64,000 bases of DNA, taken from the IMG/VR virus record IMGVR_UViG_3300010885_018971, positions 1-64,000 of that record; one strand, written 5' to 3'. Positions 17,663-25,452 of the stretch are shown in pieces. Position 1 is the first letter of the stretch; the number at the start of each line of letters is the position of its first letter. This DNA is from a virus. Both the position numbers and the translations under genes were made by a program. The notes beneath the pieces are model-generated. The model was not told where the DNA came from, ran no database searches, and was given only the letters and a program-made list of their open reading frames with translations.

Positions 17663-17670
17663 TATTTATA
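17663..17670 (-). promoter_or_regulatory. T4-type late promoter TATAAATA
   Basis: Exact consensus on minus strand 18 nt before ATG. Confidence 0.75.
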
Positions 17671-17673
17671 ATA

Positions 17674-17770
17674 CCACTTTGCAAAAAGGGTCATTAAAAT
17701 ATCGCTTGCCTTTTATTGATAGTTGAGGTATAATAACTGTAAGTTAGTTGAAATTGTTCTTTAAAAATTT
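17674..17770 (+). promoter_or_regulatory. Promoter of tRNA operon 2 plus boxA
   Basis: TTGCCT 17706, 17 bp, TATAAT 17729; boxA 17755-17770; no leader ORF or terminator. Confidence 0.85.
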
Positions 17771-17846
17771 GCTCGGTTCGTCTATCGGCTAGGACACTGC
17801 CCTTTCACGGCAGGAAGGAGGGGTTCGATTCCCCCACCGAGTACCA
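17771..17846 (+). tRNA. tRNA-Glu(TTC)
   Basis: CTTTCAC loop, CCA. Confidence 0.92.
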
Positions 17847-17847
17847 G

Positions 17848-18057
17848 ATTTAATTGCATTGGGTTGCCAACCCCAGTAGGCAATGTGATTGTGAATGTTA
17901 TGCGACGGCATGGCCACGATTGTATTGCACGAAACCTTGAGATCGTATCAGGAGGACGCTGGACAAAGTTGGATCGTAATGTGGTAACAACCAATCGTCA
18001 GACGATGACGTGGTAAACCCTGAGTGGGTGTTGTCTATCATCCCAGTGTAATTAAAT
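17848..18057 (+). ncRNA. Putative structured RNA A (~210 nt)
   Basis: Ends pair over 16 bp (ATTTAATTGCATTGGG / CCCAGTGTAATTAAAT); lies between tRNAs. Confidence 0.55.
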
Positions 18058-18059
18058 GT

Positions 18060-18184
18060 GGTATTAGTTTTGCTGATGTAAGCCATGGGTAATCGTAACA
18101 CCTGAGTAACTCTGTCAATAAACGGTAGTGTGGCCACCAATTCCGTTGAGGCTTAGCAAATAGTGCGTCAGCAAAACTAATATC
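18060..18184 (+). ncRNA. Putative structured RNA B (~125 nt)
   Basis: About 20 bp closing stem GTATTAGTTTTGCTGATGTA / TGCGTCAGCAAAACTAATAT. Confidence 0.55.
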
Positions 18185-18186
18185 AT

Positions 18187-18271
18187 GGAGACACGGCAAA
18201 GTTGGAGAGTTGCGGCAGACTGTAAATCTGTTCTTTCGGGTGAGTAAGTTCGAATCTTACTGTCTCCACCA
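18187..18271 (+). tRNA. tRNA-Tyr(GTA)
   Basis: CTGTAAA loop, variable arm, CCA. Confidence 0.9.
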
Positions 18272-18341
18272 AAACAAATGATCGTAACAGATCCAATGTT
18301 TGTTAGTTTCAATGGGTGTTATAGAAACTATCTGGAATTTA

Positions 18342-18416
18342 GGTCTCAAAGTGTTCATGGACGCACACAACACTGTCACTGTTGAAGAAGGGGATCGTTA
18401 CCCCTTGAGACCGCCA
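18342..18416 (+). tRNA. tRNA-Asp(GTC)
   Basis: CTGTCAC loop, G73; atypical T-loop ATCGTTA. Confidence 0.87.
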
Positions 18417-18421
18417 GTTAT

Positions 18422-18496
18422 CGCAGAGTAGAGAAGTAGTATCTCATCAGGTTCATACCCTGAAGGTCGGTGGTGCGATTCCATCCTCTGCAACCA
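18422..18496 (+). tRNA. Initiator tRNA-fMet(CAT)
   Basis: C1-A72 mismatch; TCAGG-TTCATAC-CCTGA. Confidence 0.85.
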
Positions 18497-18754
18497 AAAC
18501 ACGTGGCTTTGTTCGCCACTACTGTGACCCGCAGGATAGAAGTGCCGTGACTGGCAAGGGTGGTTCTGAAAGAAAACGTAGCCATGCGAGTGGAGCGAAG
18601 TCCTTTCACTGATGTAAAAGTCAGCAGTCTTACCGAACTGGCGTTGGCAATACGATAGTCCTATGTGTGGCAAGTTGGTGGAAGGTACGTGTGATGGGTG
18701 CGATAGCGTCGTATCTTGATGTGCTATAATTACAACGACATATAGGAAGCACCT
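18497..18754 (+). ncRNA. Putative structured RNA C (~255 nt)
   Basis: GC-richer spacer with helices GGCTTTGTTC/GAGCGAAGTC, CTGAT/GTCAG, CCTATGTGT/ACATATAGG. Confidence 0.45.
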
Positions 18755-18837
18755 GCCCCGATGGTGGAATTGGTAGACACGCTGGTCTTAGAAGCCAGTA
18801 CTTCGGTGTGCGAGTTCGAGTCTCGCTTGGGGCACCA
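18755..18837 (+). tRNA. tRNA-Leu(TAG)
   Basis: CTTAGAA loop, variable arm, CCA. Confidence 0.93.
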
Positions 18838-18845
18838 AGAATTTT

Positions 18846-18920
18846 GCCTTGTTAGCTCAGTGGTAGAGCGTCTCGTTTACACCGAGAGGGTCGGCAGTTC
18901 GAAACTGTCACAAGGTACCA
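18846..18920 (+). tRNA. tRNA-Val(TAC)
   Basis: TTTACAC loop, CCA. Confidence 0.93.
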
Positions 18921-18922
18921 AT

Positions 18923-18997
18923 GGTGATGTAGCACAGTGGTAGTGCAATTGCTTCATACGCAATTGGTCGTTGGTTCAAATCCAACCATCACCACCA
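18923..18997 (+). tRNA. tRNA-Met(CAT), elongator
   Basis: ATTGC-TTCATAC-GCAAT, paired 1-72, CCA. Confidence 0.85.
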
Positions 18998-19013
18998 TTA
19001 TAAGTAGAATTAT

Positions 19014-19090
<77 letters not shown>

Positions 19091-19095
19091 AGTTT

Positions 19096-19170
19096 GCCGA
19101 ATTAGCACAGTGGTAGTGCAATCGCCTTGTAAGCGATAGGTCGTCAGTTCGAATCCGACATTCGGCACCA
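19096..19170 (+). tRNA. tRNA-Thr(TGT)
   Basis: CTTGTAA loop, CCA. Confidence 0.93.
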
Positions 19171-19176
19171 AGTTAT

Positions 19177-19251
19177 TCCAGAGTAGCACAGCGGTAGTGC
19201 AGTTGACTGTTAATCAATTGGTCGTAGGTTCGATCCCTGCCTCTGGAGCCA
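19177..19251 (+). tRNA. tRNA-Asn(GTT)
   Basis: CTGTTAA loop, CCA. Confidence 0.94.
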
Positions 19252-19256
19252 ATATT

Positions 19257-19330
19257 GGGGGATTAGTATAATGGGATTACGGCAGCTTTGCAAGCTGTTT
19301 ATGAGAGTTCGATTCTCTCATCCTCCACCA
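19257..19330 (+). tRNA. tRNA-Ala(TGC)
   Basis: G3-U70, TTTGCAA loop, CCA. Confidence 0.92.
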
Positions 19331-19364
19331 GTTTTTGTTAGATAAGTAAATAAAGGAAAATAGT

Positions 19365-19550
19365 ATGACTAATCATGAAACATTAAAGGCGCAGTTCGAA
19401 GTGTATTTGGCAGAGAACGAGAAATTTACAACCAAAGGTGTGAAGGCATCTGCGGCACGTGCACGTAAAGCATTGCAGGAAATTAGCAAAGCAATTCGTG
19501 AGCGTCGCAAAGAAATCACAGCTGAGAAAGAGGCATTGGCAGCAAAATGA
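19365..19550 (+). CDS. Histone H1-like (Hc1-type) small basic protein
   Basis: KF..KGVKASAARARKAL.E..K.....RKEI. Confidence 0.75.
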   Translation: MTNHETLKAQFEVYLAENEKFTTKGVKASAARARKALQEISKAIRERRKEITAEKEALAAK

Positions 19551-19756
19551 ACGGTAAAGGTAGCAAGGCAAGACCATTCAGTGTAACTCAACAAGAATAT
19601 GAATCTCGTTGGGATGCAATCTTTGGACGGGACATAAAAGAAGATAACACAGGCACTAGTAAGAATGAGTTTCAGGATGTATTGTCAACAGAAGATTGTA
19701 TGACAATGGAAATGCCAGGAACAATTGGTGGTGCTAAAATTGTTTTTAAAGAGTAA
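19547..19756 (+). CDS. Hypothetical protein (GKGSK.RP...WD.IFG)
   Basis: Coupled ORF. Confidence 0.65.
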   Translation: MNGKGSKARPFSVTQQEYESRWDAIFGRDIKEDNTGTSKNEFQDVLSTEDCMTMEMPGTIGGAKIVFKE

Positions 19757-19759
19757 AGT

Positions 19760-19833
19760 ATCTCGCTGGTGTAATGGCAGCACGTGGGTCTCCAAAACCC
19801 TTGGTCGGAGTTCGAGTCTCTGGCGGGATGCCA
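19760..19833 (+). tRNA. tRNA-Trp(CCA)
   Basis: CTCCAAA loop, G73, CCA. Confidence 0.9.
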
Positions 19834-19836
19834 ATT

Positions 19837-19910
19837 GCGGGTATGATGTAAAGGTAACCTGAATCCTTGCCAAGGATTACATCCGAGTTCGATTCTCGGT
19901 ACCCGCTCCA
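19837..19910 (+). tRNA. tRNA-Gly(GCC)
   Basis: TTGCCAA loop, U73, CCA. Confidence 0.9.
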
Positions 19911-19918
19911 GGAATTTT

Positions 19919-20599
19919 ATGAAATCACTAATTATAATTTTATTTCTATTGGCGATTGGTGTGCATGCTAAACCAGTTGAGTCATATGTTTTATATGATG
20001 CTGATAATCATTCTGTGGTTACTGGTACAAACATACACGAGATAAAACCTGTGGCCAGTTTAACAAAGATAATGACCGCAATGGTCGCTATTGATAGTGG
20101 CAACTACAACAGAGAATTACTTGAACGATTACTCATTCGTTCAGACAATACAGCAGCAGATCTGCTCGCAACACAATATCCAAACGGCAAACTAAATTTT
20201 ATTCGTGCAATGAATAATAAAGCACTGCAACTTGGATTACAAGAAACCAGTTTCCATGACCCAAGTGGGCTAAGCATATTCAATCGAAGCACTGCCAGAG
20301 AATACGTTGAGGTTGTGATTGCGGCAAATACGTATCCACTCATTAGAGAGATATCATCCACTCCCGAAAAGAAAATCAGTAGTAATAAAAAGTTTCAGAT
20401 ATTACATAATACGAATACATTATTAAAAGAGTATGACGAAATTGTATTAAGTAAAACTGGATTCACCAGCCATGCTGGTAGATGTTTAGCACTCTCAGTA
20501 GAGAATCAAAGTAAGAAACATATCATTGTTATACTTGGTGAACCAACTCCACAAAAGAGAAGCGAGATCGCTAGAAATTTAATTAAAATGACACAGTAA
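19919..20599 (+). CDS. Serine D-Ala-D-Ala peptidase (peptidase S11, PBP7/PbpG-like)
   Basis: Signal peptide; ASLTK (SxxK), SDN, KTGFT. Confidence 0.9.
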   Translation: MKSLIIILFLLAIGVHAKPVESYVLYDADNHSVVTGTNIHEIKPVASLTKIMTAMVAIDSGNYNRELLERLLIRSDNTAADLLATQYPNGKLNFIRAMNNKALQLGLQETSFHDPSGLSIFNRSTAREYVEVVIAANTYPLIREISSTPEKKISSNKKFQILHNTNTLLKEYDEIVLSKTGFTSHAGRCLALSVENQSKKHIIVILGEPTPQKRSEIARNLIKMTQ

Positions 20600-20610
20600 G
20601 GGGTATTATC

Positions 20611-21093
20611 ATGCGTAGAATCGACATCGATGAAGTAAAAGCATTCATCGAAGCGCAAAGTCCAACTACTAAAATTTACATTGGTGGTGACTCTGAACGA
20701 TTAATCATAGGAAACGAATGGTACGCAGATTATACTTTGGCAGTTGTTGTTCACATCAATGGTAACAGTGGCTGTAAAATTTTTGGTGAGTCAGTTAGAG
20801 AAAGAGATTACGATCAGAAGAAGAGCAGACCACGTATGCGTCTAATGAATGAGGTATACAAGATTGCAGAATTGTATTTGAAGTTACAAGATGTTTTGGA
20901 AGATAGAGAAGTAGAAGTGCACTTGGATATCAACCCAAACGAAATGTATGGTTCTTCATGCGTGATCAATGAAGCAGTGGGCTATATAAAAGGTATGTGT
21001 AATGTGGTACCATTTGTTAAACCAAATGCTTTTGCGGCATCATATTGCGCAGACAGAATGAAAGATATTCTTTCACATAAGATAGCAGCTTAA
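20611..21093 (+). CDS. YkuK-type RNase H-like protein
   Basis: IYIGGDS, RL..EV, EVHLDIN, FAAS..AD. Confidence 0.8.
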   Translation: MRRIDIDEVKAFIEAQSPTTKIYIGGDSERLIIGNEWYADYTLAVVVHINGNSGCKIFGESVRERDYDQKKSRPRMRLMNEVYKIAELYLKLQDVLEDREVEVHLDINPNEMYGSSCVINEAVGYIKGMCNVVPFVKPNAFAASYCADRMKDILSHKIAA

Positions 21094-21094
21094 T

Positions 21095-21168
21095 GCGGGA
21101 TTCGTAAAATGGTATTACCTTAGCCTTCCAAGCTAAAGTCGGGAGTTCGATTCTCCCATCCCGCTCCA
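21095..21168 (+). tRNA. tRNA-Gly(TCC)
   Basis: CTTCCAA loop, U73, CCA. Confidence 0.93.
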
Positions 21169-21181
21169 ACCAAGGATTATT

Positions 21182-21394
21182 ATGACAGATGAAGTTGAAC
21201 AACTAAAGCCCATGACCTTCTCAGAGAAGTGGCATGCGGAGAAGCTACTAAAGAAATCCAAAAAGAAAGCCAAGAAAGCACTGATTGAGAAAGGCTATGA
21301 TCCAACATCAGCCTCATCAATGGTCAAGAAGGCACTCAAGAAAATTGTCAACGACAATAGACCTGTGAAGAAAGCAGCTGGACGTGGCGGATAA
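21182..21394 (+). CDS. Lys-rich hypothetical protein
   Basis: AAGGA RBS. Confidence 0.65.
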   Translation: MTDEVEQLKPMTFSEKWHAEKLLKKSKKKAKKALIEKGYDPTSASSMVKKALKKIVNDNRPVKKAAGRGG

Positions 21395-21827
21395 AAGATA
21401 TTTCCTTTTGACGACTGAGTGGAAGCATGGGTTCAAGCATCATAATGCAATTGCTGATCATGGCTTGAAGTCAATGGTTAATTTCAGTCGATCAATAGAC
21501 TATATAAAAGATGTCACGTATAAAGAAATTAGTCCCGAGAAGTACGAACAACTGATGTATGGAGATGACGATGGACGAGATAACCAAAGAGAAACACAGC
21601 AAGAGAATCCACCAAAAAGAAGTCGTGCAAAAGCGAAAAGCAAAGATAGCAAAAGCATACGGAATCCCAGTGGAAAATCCACACGAACTACTGGATCACA
21701 GCCCAGTAAGTTGCTCAAGTCCACTGTGCGTAATGTGTCGAAATCCAAGAAAGACATTCAAAGAACTGACGATACAGGAGCAAAGAAATTATCAAAACCT
21801 AGACGAACCAAGGGATCGTCACAGTAA
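21384..21827 (+). CDS. Hypothetical protein; basic C-terminal half overlaps next gene
   Basis: GTG start overlapping previous stop; globular-looking N-terminal 60 aa. Confidence 0.5.
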   Translation: MADKRYFLLTTEWKHGFKHHNAIADHGLKSMVNFSRSIDYIKDVTYKEISPEKYEQLMYGDDDGRDNQRETQQENPPKRSRAKAKSKDSKSIRNPSGKSTRTTGSQPSKLLKSTVRNVSKSKKDIQRTDDTGAKKLSKPRRTKGSSQ

Positions 21828-21846
21828 TGGATTACCAGTAGAATGA
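21571..21846 (+). CDS. Small Cys-cluster protein (C-x4-C-x2-C)
   Basis: GGAGA RBS; H...SCSSPLCVMCRNPRK. Confidence 0.65.
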   Translation: MDEITKEKHSKRIHQKEVVQKRKAKIAKAYGIPVENPHELLDHSPVSCSSPLCVMCRNPRKTFKELTIQEQRNYQNLDEPRDRHSNGLPVE

Positions 21847-22103
21847 TACCACTATTTGTCAGCGTAGATAAGGCGAAGGAAAGATCTGCCATATGTAAGA
21901 CCTGCGATCAGTTCAAAGCAGGATTTTGTATGGAGTGTGGTTGTTTATTAAAGTTCAAGGTGCTGTTTGCAGCAGGTGATTGTCCAGTTGGTAAGTGGAA
22001 CATGGAACGAGCAACAGACATAATGGTACATACAATCGCGGATGATCTTTCCACAATCGAAGAGAGCACCACATCATGGGATAACTGGAAAGCAATAGAA
22101 TGA
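21843..22103 (+). CDS. Cys-rich metal-binding protein
   Basis: CKTC, CMECGC, CPVGKW. Confidence 0.7.
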   Translation: MIPLFVSVDKAKERSAICKTCDQFKAGFCMECGCLLKFKVLFAAGDCPVGKWNMERATDIMVHTIADDLSTIEESTTSWDNWKAIE

Positions 22104-22294
22104 AAATAGACCCAAGCCGTAGCATGCAGGCATATAATGACATGCAACAACGAATCCGCATTCAAAGAAAAGTTGAAGATTTGACATTGGAGAAGAAACT
22201 AACTGCACAGAGGTTAGAAGAAATCGAACTGAAACGAATCCGCCTCAATCGTGAGTTGGATCAGGCTGGACAGAACGTGGATAAGTACGCATGA
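22100..22294 (+). CDS. Hypothetical coiled-coil protein
   Basis: Coupled ORF. Confidence 0.6.
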   Translation: MKIDPSRSMQAYNDMQQRIRIQRKVEDLTLEKKLTAQRLEEIELKRIRLNRELDQAGQNVDKYA

Positions 22295-22422
22295 AAACAT
22301 TGACACAACAAGAAACTGAAGCGATCCTGGCAATGGCAGAGAAGATCAGTGCCCTAGAGATCGAAGTCGAACGGCTCAAGGTCATCATTTGGAAGCTAGA
22401 GGAACTTCTCAGACACAAGTGA
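22291..22422 (+). CDS. Small coiled-coil protein (43 aa)
   Basis: Read by hand; ATGA overlap. Confidence 0.5.
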   Translation: MKTLTQQETEAILAMAEKISALEIEVERLKVIIWKLEELLRHK

Positions 22423-22459
22423 AATCGTAAACTTTGGTTTACGATCCTGGAAGACCGAA

Positions 22460-22525
22460 AAGACCCTACTTTCAGTAGGGTTTTGTCATTTATCGCTTTA
22501 CTTTAATTCAGTCCAGACGTATAAT
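22460..22525 (+). promoter_or_regulatory. Dyad/terminator-like hairpin plus early promoter
   Basis: ACCCTACT-ttc-AGTAGGGT-TTT; TTTACT 22497, 17 bp, TATAAT 22520. Confidence 0.85.
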
Positions 22526-22555
22526 TATACTATGATGATCGAAAAGGAACTAAAA

Positions 22556-22927
22556 ATGACCGAACTGACTAGCTGGGAAGAGATGACTACCCTCGAGCAG
22601 TATGCTTGCACTTTCTGGGATATGTACAAGGACGCCCATGGTTTCCGTCCTCGCCATGTTGACACCACCAGCTGGACCGAAGCTGATTTCGAACGTGAGT
22701 TCAAAGAGTTGGGTGAGATCATGGATCGCGAAGAGATCCTCCGCAAGGAAAACGAAGCGACCGCAATCCATGCGTTCGAAATGCGCATGGCTGATCTCCT
22801 GCGCTCTGGTGCAAAGGATCGTGAGATGGCAATGCGTTGGGTCCACGAAGCCGAAGGTAGCAATGGTGACGATGAGTACCTTTGCTTCTTGGTTGGTTTG
22901 CCTTATCGTTATTTTAAAAATGTTTGA
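22556..22927 (+). CDS. Early hypothetical protein (D.YKDAHGFRPR motif)
   Basis: AAGGA RBS; GC3-rich; may start leaderless at 22532. Confidence 0.8.
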   Translation: MTELTSWEEMTTLEQYACTFWDMYKDAHGFRPRHVDTTSWTEADFEREFKELGEIMDREEILRKENEATAIHAFEMRMADLLRSGAKDREMAMRWVHEAEGSNGDDEYLCFLVGLPYRYFKNV

Positions 22928-22941
22928 GAAGGAAATATATA

Positions 22942-23133
22942 ATGTCTAAATTTAATTTCATGGGTTTCTTGTTTTTCATCACTGGAATCATTGCCCTCAT
23001 GTCAGTGGTTGGTGGAATCGATACCAACCCCGATCTTTCGATCTTCCAGATGATCCAACTATTTGCAGTGTCACTGGTTGGATTTGGTTGTATGTCTCTC
23101 GGTGTTTCATTCATGAAGGATAAAGAAGTATGA
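22942..23133 (+). CDS. Two-TM small membrane protein
   Basis: Hydrophobic hairpin; AAGGA RBS. Confidence 0.65.
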   Translation: MSKFNFMGFLFFITGIIALMSVVGGIDTNPDLSIFQMIQLFAVSLVGFGCMSLGVSFMKDKEV

Positions 23134-23354
23134 TAGATCTCGCTGCATATCGGTCTCCCGTCCAAGAGGAATCGTTCTACAAAAACATTCCGATCCAACA
23201 TCTCAAGGAAGTTCAGGATCACTTTCGTGGTAAGGTCAACAAGATTCGCTACATCTTTCGTGGTCCACGCTACGATCCCATGCGAGTTTCCACTCGTAAG
23301 GCAGATGCCACTGGATTCTCAATTTACGTCAGCAACTGGGTATCAAGCAAATGA
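23130..23354 (+). CDS. Hypothetical protein
   Basis: Coupled ORF. Confidence 0.65.
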   Translation: MIDLAAYRSPVQEESFYKNIPIQHLKEVQDHFRGKVNKIRYIFRGPRYDPMRVSTRKADATGFSIYVSNWVSSK

Positions 23355-23623
23355 GAACTAAGACTATCATCGATGGCTTTAAGAATAGCCAAAAATTCCG
23401 AATCATCTTCAAGGGTGATGGATCAGAAAACGATATCGGTATGTACCTGACAATCCAGCAAATGACCAACACATTTGCAACGATAAATGCTCGTGCCATC
23501 TGCTGGGATGCAATGATTCACTTGGCTTATCTACGCTATGATGCTAAGCGGATCGGTAAAGAAATCCCAACTGGTCTGGGCACTACGATACGAAATAAAC
23601 AAGTACAGGTGGATTTGCTATGA
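23351..23623 (+). CDS. Hypothetical protein
   Basis: Coupled ORF. Confidence 0.65.
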   Translation: MRTKTIIDGFKNSQKFRIIFKGDGSENDIGMYLTIQQMTNTFATINARAICWDAMIHLAYLRYDAKRIGKEIPTGLGTTIRNKQVQVDLL

Positions 23624-23841
23624 ACGAAATAACATTACATAGAGACGATCTGGAAACCATCCTGCGTCTGGTTGATCAACTAAACCCTTCCGATACGCTA
23701 AGACTATCCGCTGGATATGTCACAATCTACTCGGATCAGTCATCGGGCATTGGTCAACTGATAGATGCAGAGGTAGACGTAGATCTCAATGGGTTGCAAG
23801 GTAAGTTCAAACAAAGAATAGTGGATGAGGAAAGCTGGTGA
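23620..23841 (+). CDS. Hypothetical protein
   Basis: Coupled ORF. Confidence 0.65.
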   Translation: MNEITLHRDDLETILRLVDQLNPSDTLRLSAGYVTIYSDQSSGIGQLIDAEVDVDLNGLQGKFKQRIVDEESW

Positions 23842-24056
23842 GTATATACAACTGGATAGATGATAAGGGATATGAAGAAGGCACTCAAGAAGACTATGAG
23901 GCATTTGCAAGAAAGCGTAGTGCAATCCTAATCAAGTACAGAGACGCTGATCTATCCACTTACATCTACTTCTGGACTATTAAAAACATCCGCATTAGTC
24001 CAATATACTCTAGCCCAGAGGAAGCGAAGTCCTGGAATGGAAAGGTAATAGAATGA
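23838..24056 (+). CDS. Hypothetical protein
   Basis: Coupled ORF. Confidence 0.6.
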   Translation: MSIYNWIDDKGYEEGTQEDYEAFARKRSAILIKYRDADLSTYIYFWTIKNIRISPIYSSPEEAKSWNGKVIE

Positions 24057-24208
24057 CTTGGATACTATACATAATACTGGGAACAACAATGCCCACATTA
24101 CATCAGGTAAATCGATATTCAGAAGAAGCTGGATGTCGTGCAGCTATTACAGAATTGCTTGGTCAAGGAGTAAGGGCTGTTTGTTTATATAAACAGGAAG
24201 CGAAATGA
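24053..24208 (+). CDS. Small exported two-Cys protein (51 aa)
   Basis: Read by hand: MTWILYIILG...GC...VC; ATGA overlaps on both sides. Confidence 0.55.
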   Translation: MTWILYIILGTTMPTLHQVNRYSEEAGCRAAITELLGQGVRAVCLYKQEAK

Positions 24209-24465
24209 ACGAAAAGATTAAACAGTTTGCAGAACTATCCAAAGCGTATAAGACAATATTGGTTGATGGGAAAATGCAATCAGTTCTACTAATAGATCCA
24301 GAGAGATTCGCTGGTATGATTGTTAAAGAATGTGCTAATATTGCAACAATGAATCAATTTCAGTGGGATTCTGCTGGTGGATATGTGTTAAAGCATTTTG
24401 GGATTGAACCTGATGTAAATGAGAATCTACGGAATCGTGGCACTTACTTTGGTAATGATGTATGA
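24205..24465 (+). CDS. Hypothetical protein
   Basis: MNEKIK..A, FA..IVKECA, KHFG pattern. Confidence 0.65.
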   Translation: MNEKIKQFAELSKAYKTILVDGKMQSVLLIDPERFAGMIVKECANIATMNQFQWDSAGGYVLKHFGIEPDVNENLRNRGTYFGNDV

Positions 24466-24872
24466 AACTAACCTTCTGTGCACTCTGTGGATCAACTGAA
24501 GCGATAGAACATCATCATATTCTACCAAAGGCAATGGGAGGAACAGATGCAAAGGATAATCTACTAACACTATGTGCAATACACCATGTGGCAATACATA
24601 AACTAAATGATAAAAGAATCCACTCTGCAAGCCTAATCAAAGAAGCCAAGAGAAAGCAAAAAGAAAATGGTGAATTTCTGGGTGGTCATATTCCCTTTGG
24701 ATATCGCCTAAAGGATAACAAACTAGTAAGGCATAGAGACGAGCAACGGATACTAAAGGATATAACACATCAGAGAGTATTGGGATTATCTTTGAGAGAG
24801 ATAAAGAAATACCTAGAGAAAGAACATGGCGTTGTGCGAAGTATCGTATGGATAGGAGATATTGTTAGATGA
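24462..24872 (+). CDS. HNH endonuclease with recombinase-like C-terminal DNA-binding segment
   Basis: CALCG, HHILP...GG....NL..LC..HH; GG.IPFGY. Confidence 0.8.
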   Translation: MKLTFCALCGSTEAIEHHHILPKAMGGTDAKDNLLTLCAIHHVAIHKLNDKRIHSASLIKEAKRKQKENGEFLGGHIPFGYRLKDNKLVRHRDEQRILKDITHQRVLGLSLREIKKYLEKEHGVVRSIVWIGDIVR

Positions 24873-24923
24873 GTAAAGGTCGCACCATATCTAAATTTAT
24901 GATTGTTCTTTATACTGCCGCAA

Positions 24924-25265
24924 ATGGGTTCATATAAAGAAAAAAACTGCCCAACTTGTGGCACTGCTCACAGAAAGCAAGGGCTATACTGCTCTCGCTC
25001 GTGTGGTAATTCACGTGTTCACACGCACAGATCGCGCAAAAATCTGTCTGAGAAGATCACTCAGCACTGGCAGACTGCAGAATCCAGTGAGCAACGTGAC
25101 AAAGTGTCTTCTCAGGGCAAACTACAGCTGAAAAAGATACACAACAAGGACGACGAAGACCTTCAGCAGATGACCTTGGATGACTTCATGGTGGAACCAG
25201 TGGTGGATGACCTGAAAAATGGTCAATTTAGGGCTGGTGGTGACCTGTGGACAGAGGTGGACTGA
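24924..25265 (+). CDS. Zinc-finger hypothetical protein
   Basis: CPTCG...YCSRSC. Confidence 0.65.
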   Translation: MGSYKEKNCPTCGTAHRKQGLYCSRSCGNSRVHTHRSRKNLSEKITQHWQTAESSEQRDKVSSQGKLQLKKIHNKDDEDLQQMTLDDFMVEPVVDDLKNGQFRAGGDLWTEVD

Positions 25266-25326
25266 TAGAAAACGAAGGTATACGTTTTTGAAATCGTTGT
25301 TTGCACGCTACGATCGTCAAAAATAC

Positions 25327-25446
25327 TTGCTTTTTACTTGACTTTGGGCTAGAATAGCTGTGTAGAGGGTTGATGATGACTAATCCCTACTGAAGTTGAG
25401 GGTTTTACAGAAATACCTTTACTTTAATTCGGTTTACAGCGATAAT
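25327..25446 (+). promoter_or_regulatory. Tandem early promoters with dyad
   Basis: TTGCTT-17-TAGAAT (25327) and TTTACT-17-GATAAT (25418); CCCT..AGGG at 25385. Confidence 0.75.
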
Positions 25447-25452
25447 TATACT

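Noticed and set aside
16327-18943. ORF-track ORFs overlapping the tRNA array on both strands
   Set aside because: Shadows of tRNA cloverleafs; no RBS or protein-like composition.
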